Shown here piece by piece: positions 9,510 to 18,288 of a DNA stretch of 64,000 bases. The translations under genes were made by a program, and so were the position numbers. Location of the stretch: NCBI GenBank assembly GCA_963813335.1, contig CAWEYL010000001.1, positions 864,001-928,000 of the forward strand, written 5' to 3'. A model generated the notes under the pieces. It did no database searches. It worked only from the letters and a program-made list of their open reading frames with translations, and had not been told where the DNA came from. The stretch's first letter is position 1; each line of letters opens with the position of its first letter. Origin of the DNA: an uncultured Chloroflexia bacterium (GTDB lineage Bacteria; Chloroflexota; Limnocylindria; Limnocylindrales; CSP1-4).

Positions 9510-11290
9510 ACCCGAATGCACAGTTCGAACGGGACCTGGAGCAGTGGCTCCAGGCCGAGGCGCCCGCGAGTGCGCCGGCAGGTTTCCACGCCACGGTCAT
9601 GGATCGGGCCCGGACCATGCGCCAGCGGCCCGCCTGGGCCACCTCGTTCCCGGCCCGACGGTTGGGCCGGGGTCGCGGCATGACGCTGCTCGCGGCCGCA
9701 GCCGTGCTGCTCGTCGGTGGGGCGGTGGCGGCGGGCTCGGGACTGGTGCGGCCGGCGGTCGTCCCGCCGGCGCCTGCCCCATCGTTCGCTGTCGTCGCCA
9801 CGGCATCGCCGGACGCGACGTCCCCCGGCCCGAGCGAACCGGCGGCACCATCGGGAGGTTCGACCGTCTCCCCGGTCACGAGTCCGACAGGAGTCTGGAT
9901 CCCCACCGGGACGATGAACACCGCTCGCGAGGGCGGCACCGCCGTGCGGCTCCTCGATGGCCGCGTGCTCGTGGCGGGCGACCGATGGAACCAGGGCTCC
10001 GCCGCCGCGACCTCCGCCGAGCTGTACGACCCGGCCAGCGGGACCTGGTCATCCACCGGGGCGATGCTCCATCCCCTCGACGTCTTCCCGGCCACGTTGC
10101 TGCGCGACGGCAAGGTGCTGGTGGGTGACGTCACCGACGGCGACACGAACCACCCAAGCTTCGGCGCCGAGCTGTACGACCCGGCTACCGGGACCTGGTC
10201 ATCGGCGGGGAGGCTGGCTACTGTGGGAGCGCTAGACCATCCCGCGACCCTGCTGGCTGACGGGAAGGTGCTGGTGTCGGGTGGGGAGCCCTCCGAGCTG
10301 TACGACCCCGACAGCGGGACTTGGACCGCTACGGGAAAGATGGTCACCACCCAATGGAATCAAGCGGCCACGCTGCTGCCCGATGGCAGGGTGCTCGTGG
10401 TGGGCGGCGAATTCCCGAACGTCAAGGCCCAGCTCTACGACCCCGACACGGGGAAGTGGACTGCGACAGGGGATCTGCTCGAGCGCCATTCGGGACATGA
10501 CGGGGACGGCCCCGAGGCCACCCTGCTGAAGGATGGCACGGTGCTCGTGGCGGGCCTGGGCAGGGCCGAGCTGTACGACCCGGTTACCGGAACGTGGAGC
10601 GCCACTCGGGAGAAGCCGCTGGATCGGAACGCGATCTATCGGTCGGCCACCCTCCTGTCGGATGGCAGGGTGCTGCTGGCGGGTCATGGGGACGCCGAGC
10701 TATACGACCCGAGCACCGGGTCCTGGACGAAGGCCGGGGCCATGCTCCACGACGCACCCTCAGCCACGCTGCTGCTCGATGGAACGGTCCTCGTCGCGGG
10801 TGGCACCATCGACGGCGTCGTGACGGCCTCGGCAGAGCTGTACGTCCCTGCCGGCGTGTCGCCGCCAGCCGCGGTGGTCGCCCTCCCCACGCCGGCCCCG
10901 ACCCCGACACCCACACCGACCCCGACCCCGACAGCGGTCCCGACGCCGTTCCCGCCAGCGGCCGGTCCCGTCCCGACGAACGCACGGTCCTGGACCGTCA
11001 CCGTCACCAATACGAGCTCAGGACCCGGGACGTTGTTCCTGGCCGAGGACGGCGAGAACGGCATCGGCCGGCTGTGCGGGTCCGTGACCCCCAACGTCGT
11101 GGCAGCCGGCGTCACCGCGAAGGTGACCTTCCTGCTCCCGCCGAAGCGGGTGACGGATTGTTGGATCTGGGTGAACCCGGTTCCGGGCCTGGGTGGATCG
11201 ATGTTCCAGACGTCCGACGCACCCATGGCGGGCAAGTTCGTCATCATGGACGGCGAGAATGGCCCCCAGGGAGCCTGGGGAGGCCAGTAG
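9506..11290 (+). CDS. Putative anti-sigma factor with extracytoplasmic Kelch beta-propeller and Pro/Thr linker
   Basis: ATGA overlap with the sigma gene; short cytoplasmic N-terminus, one TM, seven (A/S)ELY(D/V)P...ATLL.DG.VLV.GG repeats, PT-repeat linker and a small C-terminal domain. Confidence 0.8.
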   Translation: MNPNAQFERDLEQWLQAEAPASAPAGFHATVMDRARTMRQRPAWATSFPARRLGRGRGMTLLAAAAVLLVGGAVAAGSGLVRPAVVPPAPAPSFAVVATASPDATSPGPSEPAAPSGGSTVSPVTSPTGVWIPTGTMNTAREGGTAVRLLDGRVLVAGDRWNQGSAAATSAELYDPASGTWSSTGAMLHPLDVFPATLLRDGKVLVGDVTDGDTNHPSFGAELYDPATGTWSSAGRLATVGALDHPATLLADGKVLVSGGEPSELYDPDSGTWTATGKMVTTQWNQAATLLPDGRVLVVGGEFPNVKAQLYDPDTGKWTATGDLLERHSGHDGDGPEATLLKDGTVLVAGLGRAELYDPVTGTWSATREKPLDRNAIYRSATLLSDGRVLLAGHGDAELYDPSTGSWTKAGAMLHDAPSATLLLDGTVLVAGGTIDGVVTASAELYVPAGVSPPAAVVALPTPAPTPTPTPTPTPTAVPTPFPPAAGPVPTNARSWTVTVTNTSSGPGTLFLAEDGENGIGRLCGSVTPNVVAAGVTAKVTFLLPPKRVTDCWIWVNPVPGLGGSMFQTSDAPMAGKFVIMDGENGPQGAWGGQ

Positions 11291-11296
11291 GCGACG

Positions 11297-11737
11297 TTAC
11301 CCCATCCGCTCGACCCACGCGGCTCGCCACGCGGGGGCATCGTATGGCGGGGCGAAATACCACGTCTCGCGATACACCTTGCCGCCTCGAAGCTGGATCA
11401 ACCCGGAGAGGAACCAGGTCGAGCCATCGGGGTAGACGCTCGTCCCATCGAAGAACCAGAAGTCGCCGCTACCGATGACGCGGTGGATCGTGTTCATTGG
11501 TGTCGCGATCCATTGGTCCTCGCTTCCGACGACACGGACCGTCAAGTCGCTCGGCCGCCCGCCTGGCCAGTTCTCCATGATCGCCCGGTCGTTCGCGCTG
11601 CCGCGAACCAGCTCGCCCGACTGGGGCCACTCGCACGACCAGTCGAGGTCGCGCAAGGCTTCGGCCGAGTCGTAGTCATGGGCGGCCCGCGCCTCGTTGT
11701 AACGACGGACGATCTCCTCGTTTGATGGGTTCGCCAC
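11297..11737 (-). CDS. SnoaL/NTF2-like fold protein
   Basis: EWPQSGE.VRG and GKVYRETWYFAPP..APAWRA.WVE motifs; GTG start after AGAGGAGAG. Confidence 0.8.
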   Translation of the reverse strand: MANPSNEEIVRRYNEARAAHDYDSAEALRDLDWSCEWPQSGELVRGSANDRAIMENWPGGRPSDLTVRVVGSEDQWIATPMNTIHRVIGSGDFWFFDGTSVYPDGSTWFLSGLIQLRGGKVYRETWYFAPPYDAPAWRAAWVERMG

Positions 11738-11939
11738 ACTCTCTCCTCTGGCGCGCTGAGAAGCAACCGTGATGCCGCCGGTCCGCTTGGTCAAGCGTTC
11801 ATCTTGGGGGTGAGGTGAGGTACCGTCGGGATCGGATGACGCGCCCTCCCTGCTGTCAGGAGGATCTGGTCGGGCGTATGGATCAGCACCGGTCCACGGG
11901 TCCGGTGCGGCCGTTCGTCGACGCGGCTCGCATGGAGCA

Positions 11940-11961
11940 CTGGCGCCCCCGGACGGATTCG
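11940..11961. repeat. Copy of the tRNA-Arg 3' end (att-like scar 1)
   Basis: CTGGCGCCCCCGGACGGATTCG is identical to 13369-13390. Confidence 0.85.
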
Positions 11962-12017
11962 GGCAGGCGAGACTCCCTTACCCCGCTCGCGGGACGTCCT
12001 GGTCGGAACGAGATGCC

Positions 12018-12123
12018 CTGCCTGCCTTCGTCGCCTTCTACGATCAGCGCCGCCCGCACCGCGCACTGGGCGGATGCCTCATCCTCGGCCGTTGTCAACA
12101 ACGTCCGTGGTGACCACATCTAG
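12018..12123 (+). mobile_element. IS481-family transposase 3' remnant with right end
   Basis: Reads LPAFVAFYDQRRPHRALGG, then after a frame shift VVNNVRGDHI*, matching the IS481 C-terminal pattern YN..RPH.ALG...NN..G.H; ends ...GACCACA at 12118. Confidence 0.7.
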
Positions 12124-12392
12124 GTCTGGGCCGGAGCTGTGTCGGCGATCCTGGCAAGGTCGAGTGCCTGCTTGATCGTCAGCCGACGGCCGATCTCCGT
12201 CGCTCGAGCGACATCCACATCCGACAGCGATGAGCGTTGCCGGGTCCGGTCGTTGTGCCCGATTTCGAACTGGTAGTCGCCGGCGTCGCCCCCTGGCGAC
12301 GTCTACCGCAGCTCATCGTTGGCGCAACCACGTCCCGCGCGACGTCTTGACGCTCGGGGCGCCTCGCCCAAGATCGCAGGTTGGGCAAGAGG

Positions 12393-12409
12393 TGGCGCCC
12401 CCGGACGGA
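12393..12409. repeat. Copy of the tRNA-Arg 3' end (att-like scar 2)
   Basis: TGGCGCCCCCGGACGGA is identical to 13370-13386. Confidence 0.75.
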
Positions 12410-12781
12410 CGCCGGGGCACACGAGGCAAAGCGAGAGACCCGCTCGCGTGGTATGCCAGCACCTGAGGAAACCGTGGTGGGAGGCGAACCTGGCGCCGGA
12501 CCTTCGATCTGCCTGCGCGTCCTGTTCCGATCCGACCCCAATCCCGGCTTGCGGCGCGGCCTGCGACGGCCCTGACGTGCTCCGTCCTCGCGAGGTGTCT
12601 GTGACCTCCGCCAGGTCCGGGGGCGCTTACCGGCGCTGGCGGCCGAGGCTCACGGGGGCCCCCTGATCCGGCCCCGGTCTCAAAGCCTCCCACGTTTCGA
12701 TGGAGGCGACGAGGGCGCGGAAGCATCGGGCATCCCGGTTTAGCGAGACGTAGGCTGTTGTACCAGCAGTAGGAGCGTCGC

Positions 12782-13189
12782 ATGCCTGACTCGCCGTTGC
12801 CGCCGGGCATCCGCCGGCCCGTCGCCCGATCCGCCTCGCAGCTCGATGAAATCCCTGCGCAGCAGACGCCCGGCATCTGCCGCCGCCAGGCGTTCGCCGG
12901 CGACGACCGCTGGGTCGGGTACGTCCAGACCCAGCTGGGCGAGTGGAGCGGCTGGCACCACCACGGGGAGACCGACACCTACATGTACGTGCTCTCCGGC
13001 GGCCTGGAGTTCGAGTTCGGTCCCGCGCGCGAGCAGCTCCTCGTGGGTTCCGGCGACTTCGCGCTCATGCCGGCCGGTGTGGTCCACCGCGAGCGGACCA
13101 CACCCGGAGCGCCCGGCGAGATCGTGCTGGTGCGCATCGGCCCCGGACCAGCCGTCGTGAACGTGGACGACCCACACGACCCGGTCTGA
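12782..13189 (+). CDS. Cupin-domain protein
   Basis: SGWHHHGETDTYMYVLSG and GDFALMPAGVVHRE cupin motifs; AGGAG RBS. Confidence 0.85.
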   Translation: MPDSPLPPGIRRPVARSASQLDEIPAQQTPGICRRQAFAGDDRWVGYVQTQLGEWSGWHHHGETDTYMYVLSGGLEFEFGPAREQLLVGSGDFALMPAGVVHRERTTPGAPGEIVLVRIGPGPAVVNVDDPHDPV

Positions 13190-13369
13190 ACCCAGCGCAT
13201 CGTGAGTGAACTGGAGCTCGCCTACGACCTTGGACGCCGCGGACGTTGTCGTCGGCGGGCGCGACGGCCCGGGGTTGTACGGATCCGCGGGCTCGCCGAC
13301 CGGATCCGGCCCCGCCCGAGGCTCGACACGCACTGGCTCTCGCACAACCTCTAGGGTTGGACGGGAACC

Positions 13370-13445
13370 TGGCGCCCCCGGACGGATTCGAACCGCCGAC
13401 GCAGGCCTTAGGACGGCCTCGCTCTATCCACTGAGCTACGGGGGC
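13370..13445 (-). tRNA. tRNA-Arg(CCT)
   Basis: Minus strand GCCCCCGTAGCTCAGTGGATAGAGCGAGGCCGT-CCT-AAGGCCTGCGTCGGCGGTTCGAATCCGTCCGGGGGCGCCA: cloverleaf, TTCGAAT loop, encoded CCA; TACGAT -10 upstream. Confidence 0.96.
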
Positions 13446-13607
13446 GCGGCGTCCATCGTACCGCGGGTTTCCGCGGCGTCAGCGGGCCAGGGAACCGATC
13501 CGGGGCGCATCGCGTCTTGCGGCGCATGGCCGCCGCACCTCCCTGCGGCGGCCTGCTTCGTCCCGAAGCGGGCGACATCGCGGCCCTCACCTACAATCCG
13601 GGACGCG

Positions 13608-13898
13608 ATGACCGCTCCCCTCCCCGACCTGATCCTCTACAGCCGACCCGGCTGCGGCCTGTGCCGCGAGACCCGTTCGCTGCTCGAGGCGCTGCTGCGG
13701 CAGCGAGCGACCGAGGGACGCGCGGTGCCACGCCTCCTCGAGCACGACATCGACACCGACGCCGAGCTCCAGCGGGCGTTCTTCCTGGTCATCCCGGTCG
13801 TCGAGCTCGGGGATCGACGGCTGGAGCTCGCCACGAGCGCGTCCGCGCTTCGCCGCCTGCTCGCGGACGTCCTCGACGCCGAGCCGGTGAACGGCTGA
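13608..13898 (+). CDS. Glutaredoxin-like (DUF836-type) protein
   Basis: LYSRPGCGLC CxxC and IPVV cis-Pro motif; TACAAT at 13592-13597. Confidence 0.8.
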   Translation: MTAPLPDLILYSRPGCGLCRETRSLLEALLRQRATEGRAVPRLLEHDIDTDAELQRAFFLVIPVVELGDRRLELATSASALRRLLADVLDAEPVNG

Positions 13899-13902
13899 CC
13901 CG

Positions 13903-14727
13903 ATGAACGGGACCGACCTCACGATCCTGGTCGCCCTCGCAGCCGGGGTCATCAGCTTCCTGTCCCCGTGCGTCCTCCCGTTGGTCCCTGCCTACATCGG
14001 CCAGCTGACCGCGATCGCGGTGGCCGCCGGCGAGCCCGGCGCCCGGCCATCGCGCTGGATGGCCGTCCGGCAGTCGCTCGCGTACGTGGCCGGGTTCGGG
14101 GCGGTGTTCACGATCCTCGGCATCACGGCCACCTTCATGGCCGGCCCGCTCGCCGACTACCTGGGGGCGCTGCGCATCGTCGGCGGCCTCCTCCTGATCG
14201 TCCTCGGCCTCAACCTCGCCGGGATCCTTCACGTGCCGATCCTGGAGCGCACCTGGCGGCCACTCGAAGCCGGTGCGTCGGGCTCGCTCGCGACCGCCAC
14301 GGGGACGGTCGCGCTCGCTTCGGGCGGCGCGGACGGATCGGCGGGTGTCGGCGACCGCGTGGGCGCCCGGATGGTCAGCCCCCGCGGCGGCTGGATCGCC
14401 TCGTTCGGCCTCGGGGCGATCTTCGCCATCGGCTGGACTCCGTGCATCGGGATCATCCTGGGCGCGATCCTGACGATGGCCGCGACCTCGGGCACGACCG
14501 CCCAGGGCGCGATCCTGCTGCTTGCCTACACCCTCGGGCTCGGGCTGCCGTTCATCGGCATCGCGCTGGTCTACGATCGGGCGCCCCGCCTGGTCCGTCC
14601 GCTGGTCCGGCATGGCCAAACGGTCTCGCTCATCGGCGGGCTGCTGGTCGCCTTCATCGGCGTCGCGATGGTCTTCGACCTGCTCGCGTTCCTGCCGCGC
14701 TACTTCACGTTCAACACGGCCATCTAG
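13903..14727 (+). CDS. ccdA: Cytochrome c biogenesis protein CcdA
   Basis: SFLSPCVLPLVPAY and GWTPCIG motifs; six TM segments. Confidence 0.9.
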   Translation: MNGTDLTILVALAAGVISFLSPCVLPLVPAYIGQLTAIAVAAGEPGARPSRWMAVRQSLAYVAGFGAVFTILGITATFMAGPLADYLGALRIVGGLLLIVLGLNLAGILHVPILERTWRPLEAGASGSLATATGTVALASGGADGSAGVGDRVGARMVSPRGGWIASFGLGAIFAIGWTPCIGIILGAILTMAATSGTTAQGAILLLAYTLGLGLPFIGIALVYDRAPRLVRPLVRHGQTVSLIGGLLVAFIGVAMVFDLLAFLPRYFTFNTAI

Positions 14728-15459
14728 GTGAGCGATCGACCCGAGTTCACCCACCAGCGCGAGCGCCACGGCCTCGTCGGCCCATTCAGCGGCCGGCAGA
14801 TCCTCGCCGCGTTCCTGGCGATCGTGGCCGCCGCGATCATCCTCGTCGGGATCACCACACCGCTCGGCAATACCGGCGGTCCGGCGCTCGTCGACCCCCG
14901 GGCCACGCCGTTCGTCATCGCCTCGCCGACGCAGGGCCTGCGCCCGGGCGACCTGGCCCCCGAGCTGACGATCCCGCTGCCCGACGGCACCACCTACCAG
15001 CTGACCGACCTCGACGGGAAGCCGATCCGACTCGCCGATCTGCGCGGCAAGGTGGTCTGGCTCAACTTCTGGGCGAGCTGGTGCCCGCCGTGCCAGCACG
15101 AGACGCCGATCCTGCGCGACCTGTCGGAACGGTACAAGGAGCAGGGCCTCGAGGTCATCGGCGTCAGCGTCCAGGAGACGACGGTGGACGACGTCAAGGC
15201 GTACGCCGAGCGCTACGACCTGCACTACACGATCGGCTTCGACGCCTTCGGGTACGTGTTCCACACGTACAAGGTCTTCGCGCTGCCGACGCAGTTCTTC
15301 ATCGACGTGAACGGGGTCATCCAGCAGGTGGCCAACGGCCCGGTCGACGAGGACGCCGCTGCGGCCCTGATCGAATCGATGCTCCCGCCCGCGGCGAGTG
15401 CTGGCCCTGGCTCGAGCGCGAGTCCCGTCTCGGCGGCGCCCTCCCCTTCCCCGTCCTAG
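14728..15459 (+). CDS. Membrane-anchored TlpA/ResA thiol-disulfide oxidoreductase
   Basis: N-terminal TM; LNFWASWCPPC; LPTQFFID..G.I. Confidence 0.9.
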   Translation: MSDRPEFTHQRERHGLVGPFSGRQILAAFLAIVAAAIILVGITTPLGNTGGPALVDPRATPFVIASPTQGLRPGDLAPELTIPLPDGTTYQLTDLDGKPIRLADLRGKVVWLNFWASWCPPCQHETPILRDLSERYKEQGLEVIGVSVQETTVDDVKAYAERYDLHYTIGFDAFGYVFHTYKVFALPTQFFIDVNGVIQQVANGPVDEDAAAALIESMLPPAASAGPGSSASPVSAAPSPSPS

Positions 15460-15754
15460 ACCGGTTCGTCGCAGTCGTGCGGCCTGTTCGATGCCGCGCC
15501 GAGCCCGAATTCCCGTCAGATGACCATCAGGCGGTCCTTGGTCAGCCGCGGACCCGGGCGGTCGATCCAGGTCACGCTCGCTGAGGCACCGACAGGACGC
15601 ACGTTCCTGTCAGATGACCATGTGGCGCGACATCTGGCAGGAAGTCGCTGACGAGCGACCGCCTGAGTCACATCTGTCAGAAGTCGGCGGGCGAGACGGG
15701 GCTCGGCCCGGGCTCGGGGGCGCCGGCGACCTCCCCTTCCCCGTCCTAGACCGG
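15440..15754. mobile_element. Putative non-autonomous fold-back (MITE/REPIN-like) insertion flanked by a 25-bp direct repeat
   Basis: CCTCCCCTTCCCCGTCCTAGACCGG at 15440-15464 and 15730-15754; nested inverted repeats inside. Confidence 0.6.
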
Positions 15755-16612
15755 CTCGTAGCGGAAGCGATCGCGGTCGCGGACCACGCGGCCGATCGGC
15801 TGGCGGGCCTCGTGCGAGAGCACGATCAGCCAGTCCTCGTCCGCGGCCTGGGCGAACAGCTCGCCCTTCCGCACGACCGAGTCGAGCGGGAAGTCGTCGA
15901 ACGCGGTGACCCAGCGCGGGTTGGCCGCCCACGGCCGCATGAACAGGTCGCCGAAGAAGGCCAGCGTCCGGGCGCCGTCGCCCTCGCCGCGCACGACGAT
16001 CGCCTGGTGCCCCGTCGAGTGGCCGCCGGTCGGCACCACCGTCACGCCAGGGACCAGCTCCTTCTCGCCGTCGGCCCAGCCCTGCGCACCCCAGTCCTTG
16101 ACCAGCGTCAGCTCGGGCTGCACGTACGAGGCGACCAGCCGCGGGTTGTCGCCGAGCGCGACCTCCCACTCCGCCTTCTGGGCGACGATCTTCGCGTGCG
16201 GGAAGGCGCGTTCGCCGTCCGCGCGCAGCAGCCCGCCCGCGTGGTCGAAGTGGAGATGGCTCATCGCCACGACGTCGATGGTCTCCGGGAGGACGCCCGC
16301 CGTCTCGAGGGCGGCGACGACCCACGGCCCCTCGTAGGCGCGCATCGCGCGGGTCTTCTCGTCGACGCGCTCGCCGATGCCGGTCTCGACCAGCACGCGC
16401 CCCGACGGTGTCTCGATGACGAGGCAGTTCAGCGCCTGGAGGAGCCGTCGCTTGTCGTCGACCTCGTCGGCGACGAGGCCGCCCCACAGCACCCACGGCA
16501 CGGGGCCGAACAGCGTGCCGGCATCGGAGCGGAACGTTCCCGCCTGGATGAGCGCGACCCTCGTGCCGCCGCCGAGGTCGGCCTGCCAGTCGACCGCGTC
16601 GTTCAGCGCCAT
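15746..16612 (-). CDS. MBL-fold metallo-hydrolase (YtnP-like)
   Basis: DAGTLFGPVP, SHLHFDHAGG, GHSTGHQ and GDL motifs. Confidence 0.88.
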   Translation of the reverse strand: MALNDAVDWQADLGGGTRVALIQAGTFRSDAGTLFGPVPWVLWGGLVADEVDDKRRLLQALNCLVIETPSGRVLVETGIGERVDEKTRAMRAYEGPWVVAALETAGVLPETIDVVAMSHLHFDHAGGLLRADGERAFPHAKIVAQKAEWEVALGDNPRLVASYVQPELTLVKDWGAQGWADGEKELVPGVTVVPTGGHSTGHQAIVVRGEGDGARTLAFFGDLFMRPWAANPRWVTAFDDFPLDSVVRKGELFAQAADEDWLIVLSHEARQPIGRVVRDRDRFRYEPV

Positions 16613-16634
16613 CGATCGCTCATGGGGCCGCGGG

Positions 16635-17207
16635 TCAGGACTTCTCGAAGTCCTGGTGGAAGGCCGAGGCGGTCGGCTCCTTCTGGCCCTGGTAGCGCGA
16701 GCGCAGCTCGGGCGAGCCGTACGGCCGGTCGACCGGCGACGACATCTTGAAGAACGAGATCTGGCCGATGCGCATCCCGAAGTAGAGCGCGATCGGCAGG
16801 TTCGCGACGTTCGACAGCTCGAGCGTGAGGTTGCCCTTCCAGCCCGGGTCGACGTAGCCCGCCGTGGAGTGGATCAGCAGTCCGAGCCTCCCAAGGCTCG
16901 ACTTACCCTCCAAGCGGGCGACGAGGTCGTCGGGCAGCTCGACCCATTCGAGGGTCTGCCCGAGCACGAACTCGCCGGGATGGAGGATGAATGGCTCGTC
17001 GGCCTCCACGGTCAGCAGCTCGGTCAGGTCCGGCTGCGGCGCCCGGACGTCGATGTACGGGTAGCGGTTGTTGCGGAAGACGCGGAAGCTGTGGTCGAGG
17101 TGGAGGTCCACCGAGGACGGCTGCAGGTCCTGCGGGTCGTACGGGCGGACGGTGACCGCGCCGGACTCGAGGGCCGCGCGGATGTCGCGGTCGGAGAGGA
17201 CGCTCAC
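16635..17207 (-). CDS. dcd: dCTP deaminase
   Basis: [36 protein letters not shown] and YQGQ motifs. Confidence 0.96.
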   Translation of the reverse strand: MSVLSDRDIRAALESGAVTVRPYDPQDLQPSSVDLHLDHSFRVFRNNRYPYIDVRAPQPDLTELLTVEADEPFILHPGEFVLGQTLEWVELPDDLVARLEGKSSLGRLGLLIHSTAGYVDPGWKGNLTLELSNVANLPIALYFGMRIGQISFFKMSSPVDRPYGSPELRSRYQGQKEPTASAFHQDFEKS

Positions 17208-17683
17208 GCGTCGAGCGCGTCGGGCGTGCCGCGCTCCTCGTACAGCGAGTCGACCTCGCGCTTGAGTGCCTCGAGGTCCTCGTAGCTCTGGTACACGCTG
17301 GCGAAGCGGATGTAGGCGATCTGGTCGATCGCGCGGAGCTGTTCCATCGCCATCGCCCCGACGCGCGACGAGGGGATCTCCGATGCGCCCGACGCGCGCA
17401 GCTCGGCCTCGATGGCGTCGGCCGCGGCATCGGCCGCACCGGCGGGCACGGGGCGGCGAGTCAGCGCCTTGCGCAGCCCCGAGACGAGGCGGTCGCGATC
17501 GAATTCCTGGCGCGAGCCGTCGCGCTTGATGACGACCAGGCGGGCAGCCTCGACCCGCTCATAGGTGGTGAACCGCGTCGCGCACGCCGAGCACTCGCGG
17601 CGGCGGCGGATGGTGGCGGAGTCATCGAGGTCCCGGGAGTCGACCACCCGGGTCTCGCGCTCTCCGCAACTGGGGCAACGCAT
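17204..17683 (-). CDS. nrdR: Transcriptional repressor NrdR
   Basis: MRCPSC...VVDSR...IRRRREC..C..RFTTYE zinc ribbon, ATP cone, AYIRFASVY. Confidence 0.97.
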   Translation of the reverse strand: MRCPSCGERETRVVDSRDLDDSATIRRRRECSACATRFTTYERVEAARLVVIKRDGSRQEFDRDRLVSGLRKALTRRPVPAGAADAAADAIEAELRASGASEIPSSRVGAMAMEQLRAIDQIAYIRFASVYQSYEDLEALKREVDSLYEERGTPDALDA

Positions 17684-17704
17684 CGGGCTCCTGTCGGGTA
17701 CGTA

Positions 17705-17751
17705 CCACTAGGTCTTGTGGTATGACCGCAGGATACCACTACATGGTGTGG
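17705..17751 (-). promoter_or_regulatory. Tandem NrdR boxes upstream of nrdR-dcd
   Basis: CCACTAGGTCTTGTGG (17705-17720) and CCACTACATGGTGTGG (17736-17751), 31 bp start-to-start; both fit the 16-bp NrdR palindrome acaCwAtATaTwGtgt. Confidence 0.85.
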
Positions 17752-18269
17752 TCGGCCTGCTTCAACTCGTCGGCCAGGACCGCCTGTCGCGCGATCGCCT
17801 CGCGGGCGTGGATGAGGTTCAGGTACCCGCGCTTGATGGAGGTCTGGGCCTCGAGCTCGCGCGCGCCGCCGCGCACCGACGCGAGGATATTCGTCCCATG
17901 CTCGACGGTCGAGAGCGCCCGGCCGGCACGCTCGAGCCCCAGCACCAGGTCCTCGCGGATCGGCGTCGCGCTCTTGGGCGCGTGCAGCGCCTTCGCCTCC
18001 TCGAGGTACTGCTCGACGGCATCGGAGGCGGCCGTCAGCGTGTCGCCCAGCGCCGCCGGCTCGAGGGCGTGATGGCGGACCAGGTCGATCCGCCCGGCGG
18101 CGCCGGTGAGCGACGCGTCGACCCGCGCGGTCAGGTCGCGGATGGCGGAGCGGAACGACTCCACCTCGCGCGTCTTCGCGACGATGCGGCCGGTCCCCCG
18201 GAAGACCACGATGAGCCCGGCCGCGAGCGCGACGAAGGCGAAGATCGGCAGGAGGATGATCCAGTCCAC
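17739..18269 (-). CDS. Hypothetical protein, N-terminal TM plus helical domain
   Basis: GTG start VDWIILLPIFAF; high-GC coding pattern; lies between etfA and nrdR. Confidence 0.7.
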   Translation of the reverse strand: MDWIILLPIFAFVALAAGLIVVFRGTGRIVAKTREVESFRSAIRDLTARVDASLTGAAGRIDLVRHHALEPAALGDTLTAASDAVEQYLEEAKALHAPKSATPIREDLVLGLERAGRALSTVEHGTNILASVRGGARELEAQTSIKRGYLNLIHAREAIARQAVLADELKQADHTM

Positions 18270-18288
18270 GCGGTCGCCCCGGCAGCCG

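Noticed and set aside
10010-10850. Recurrent GAGCTGTACGACCC DNA repeats as a CRISPR-like array
   Set aside because: They are in-frame Kelch ELYDP codons with variable spacing; no cas genes or true repeat-spacer array occur in the window.
10887-10945. CCGAC(C/A) short tandem repeat
   Set aside because: It encodes a Pro-Thr linker.
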